NCBI RefSeq assembly: GCF_006345805.1
Contig: NC_042997.1
Location: 31,434,001 to 31,498,000 of the forward strand
Source: Octopus sinensis
Lineage: Eukaryota
Reading direction: 5' to 3'
DNA length: 64,000 nucleotides
This document shows positions 61,198-64,000 of this stretch, in pieces. The notes under the pieces are model-generated. The model had not been told where the DNA came from, made no database searches, and saw only the letters and a program-made list of their open reading frames with translations. Both the position numbers and the translations under genes were made by a program. How positions within the stretch are numbered: the stretch's first letter is position 1; every line of letters begins with the position of its first letter.

Positions 61198-61735
61198 AAA
61201 ACAAACACAAAAAAATAAAGCGAGTAAGTGGTACATGTAAAATATTAGCAGACGCTCAGGGAAAGAGAGAAAGATGGTTTAACATTCCGAGCAACGCTCT
61301 TCTTCAGAAACGGAAGAAAGTCCAATAGAAAGGAAGATCCAATAGAAAGGCGGCGAGCTGGCAGAAACGTTAGCACGCCGAGCGAAATGCTTACCAGTAT
61401 TTCGTCTGCCGTAACGTTCTGAGTTCAAATTCCGCCGAGGTCGACTTTACTTTTCATCCTTTCGGGGTCGATAAATTATGTACCAGTCACGCACTGGTGT
61501 CGATGTAATCGACTTAATACCTATGTCTGTCCTTGTTTGTCCCCTTTATGTTTAGCACCTTGTGGGCAATAAAGAAAGAAGAAAGGAAGATCCGTCTTTC
61601 TTTCTATTAGACTTTCCTCTGATTCTGAAGAAAAGCGTTGCTCGAAATGTTAAATGATCATTCTTTCCTTCCCTGAGCGTCTGCTAATATTTTACATGTA
61701 CCCCGTCCTCACGTTGTTGTCTTTTTGTGTTTGTT
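61198..61735. mobile_element. Fold-back element with a hammerhead-like motif in each arm (61277..61311 minus; 61621..61656 plus)
   Basis: Arms GTACATGTAAAATATTAGCAGACGCTCAGGG...TTCAGAA are mirrored; consensus GTTT CTGAAGA A GAG CGTTG CTC GAAAT GTT AAAC. Confidence 0.75.
61348..61577 (+). mobile_element. SINE family B inserted at the centre of the fold-back
   Basis: AGGCGGCGAGCTGG...AATAAAGAAA; AGAAAGGAAGATCC on both sides. Confidence 0.9.
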
Positions 61736-61887
61736 CTACCTTGGAGGGATTTACTATATACCGCACGCTCACACGGACCCAGATCTTCTGACTGACTTTG
61801 GAGTACCTAATTCGCGGAATTCTTTCTACCATCGGATTAGATTACCTTGTTAATTTGGAATACGCCATTTCTGCAGCTTGATTGTGA

Positions 61888-61932
<45 letters not shown>

Positions 61933-62362
61933 GATGGGGGTTCCTTCATTTCCGTCTAGTAGACACGTTCACAACACTAGTCGGCTCACAGCAACGCAGC
62001 AATGGCAGCAGACAGTTGTCCCCAGATGCCTCAATGTGGGGACTGTACCTGGAGCTTGAGCAGTATACTTCTTGAGAAGCATATTTCTTACCCTACAGCT
62101 ATACACATACACGCATATGTGCGACGGATTTTATATATAAACATTTTGAATTTATATGTAAAGCATTTTTCCTGAATAAAAACATTTATCTCTATATCTC
62201 CAAGCAAACTCACATATAGCACTCGTTAACCATTCACACAAATATAAATCAGGCATAAATACATACACTCATTCAAACATACAACTATATATGTATACAT
62301 AGATGCATGGACAATGCATCCATCCGTCCATCCATCCATTCATTCATACATACATACATACA

Positions 62363-62439
<77 letters not shown>

Positions 62440-62689
62440 TATGTCTACTTGTGAAGTCATTACTCGTGAATTTCATTTACACACAACATGGACCAATTCT
62501 TCTAAGAAAAAAATATATTCAAATAAATTAAACACAATATCATGAATAGCGATAGCGAAACCGGTTCGATATAATAAAAATTATATAAAAAAACCATGTA
62601 AAGTGTGCGTATTTTCCTTTTTTAATTTTTATATACATTACAACCCACCACGTGGGGACAATCGAAATTCTTTTTCTGTTACTTACTAC

Positions 62690-62745
<56 letters not shown>

Positions 62746-64000
62746 TCAGATACTGTTCTATATATTATATATATGTTTTTGTGCATATGTATACATACAT
62801 GCATAATGATACAAGCGTACATCCATCCATATATACATTCATACTTGTATATGTATATATATGCACACGAACATATATATGATTCTGTGCATATGTATAT
62901 GCATCTGTGAACTTTTGTACGTTTATACATACATACATACATATACATATTTATACATGAAAATAAATATACACACACACAAAAATATATGAACAAAGTC
63001 AAAGAACGCAAACAAAGAAAACTGCAATATTGAGAAGTCTATTTCGACAGAGGTGCTTCACGAGGTAGAAGCTGGATAGAGTCTGCATTTATTTAAATTT
63101 TCTTTTGAAATTTTTATATTAAGAATAGAGCTTGAAACAACGAAGAAAACAAATATTCTTGAGGAATCTGCTGGGATACTAACACGTACACACGCACACG
63201 AATATGACAGGTATGAAATTTGGCATATTCCCACGAACAGCATCGTCTCTCTCTCTCTCGCACACACGTGCACGATCGAATGCACACGTACATGCAGATA
63301 CATACATTACATATGGATGGGTATCAATGAATATGATAATATGAATATATATAATATATATATATATATATACATATATATACATATATGTATGTATACA
63401 CACACACATATATATATATATATGTATTCATACATATATGTATATATATATATATGTATATATGTATATATATATATGTATATATATATATATGTATAAT
63501 ATATATATATATGTATAGATTATATATATATATATAATATATAGATATATATATATATATATATATGCATTAAACATTTCAAATATATACTGGGTTTATT
63601 ATTATCTATTTTTTCGAGCAAGATTTCCTTGGAGGGGGTATAATTCAAAAATTGTGAAGTCATGTCTCTAATCCTACAAAATCCAACTTGAATTTGCTAA
63701 GATGCTCACTCAGCCTCTAAAAAAAAAAACCACACACACACATCCATCCTGCATGTGTACATATATGCATATATATAGGCACATACGCGTATCCGTACAC
63801 ACGCACACACATGTATTAATATGAACTTCCCAAAAAGATCACCCATGCACATAGATTTTGTCAATATTTAAAATGCTGAAGAGAGATGTGGACAAATTCA
63901 CTCTGTAGAATATTCGACAACAAACAAACATTATGCATATACATAAGTTTCAGTCAGAAGGGAAAAGCAATAAACAAACTTGGAGGCATATATACATATA

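Noticed and set aside
63120-63186. Possible host exon (AG...IELETTKKTNILEESAGILT...GT)
   Set aside because: Splice dinucleotides alone are uninformative and there is no recognisable homology; RNA-seq is needed.

Overview
Repeat-saturated, microsatellite-rich animal DNA. It is most likely cephalopod (Octopus-like), inferred only from the look of the SINEs and microsatellites. There is one 100-N gap. No host protein-coding exon can be supported; nearly all ORF-track entries are translated simple repeats. Main content: (1) four copies of a young Tx1/L1-clade LINE ending ...AATAAAGAAACA, three joined in the same register to (TATC)n. Three copies are stacked in one microsatellite that is itself the internal repeat of a tRNA-derived SINE. 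One copy carries a complete APE-RT-zf ORF2 broken only by four 1-nt homopolymer indels. (2) A second SINE family whose last ~35-50 nt match the Tx1 3' end, a candidate SINE-LINE partnership. (3) Several short non-autonomous and fold-back elements carrying minimal type-I hammerhead-like motifs, including a non-canonical CUGU-N-GA core. One element joins a tRNA head to a half-hammerhead tail and an inverted arm, and a decayed Penelope-like GIY-YIG element is nearby. (4) A full-length Buster-type hAT with an 8-bp TSD, mariner derivatives, non-autonomous Helitrons, and CR1-group and R4/Dong LINE fragments.
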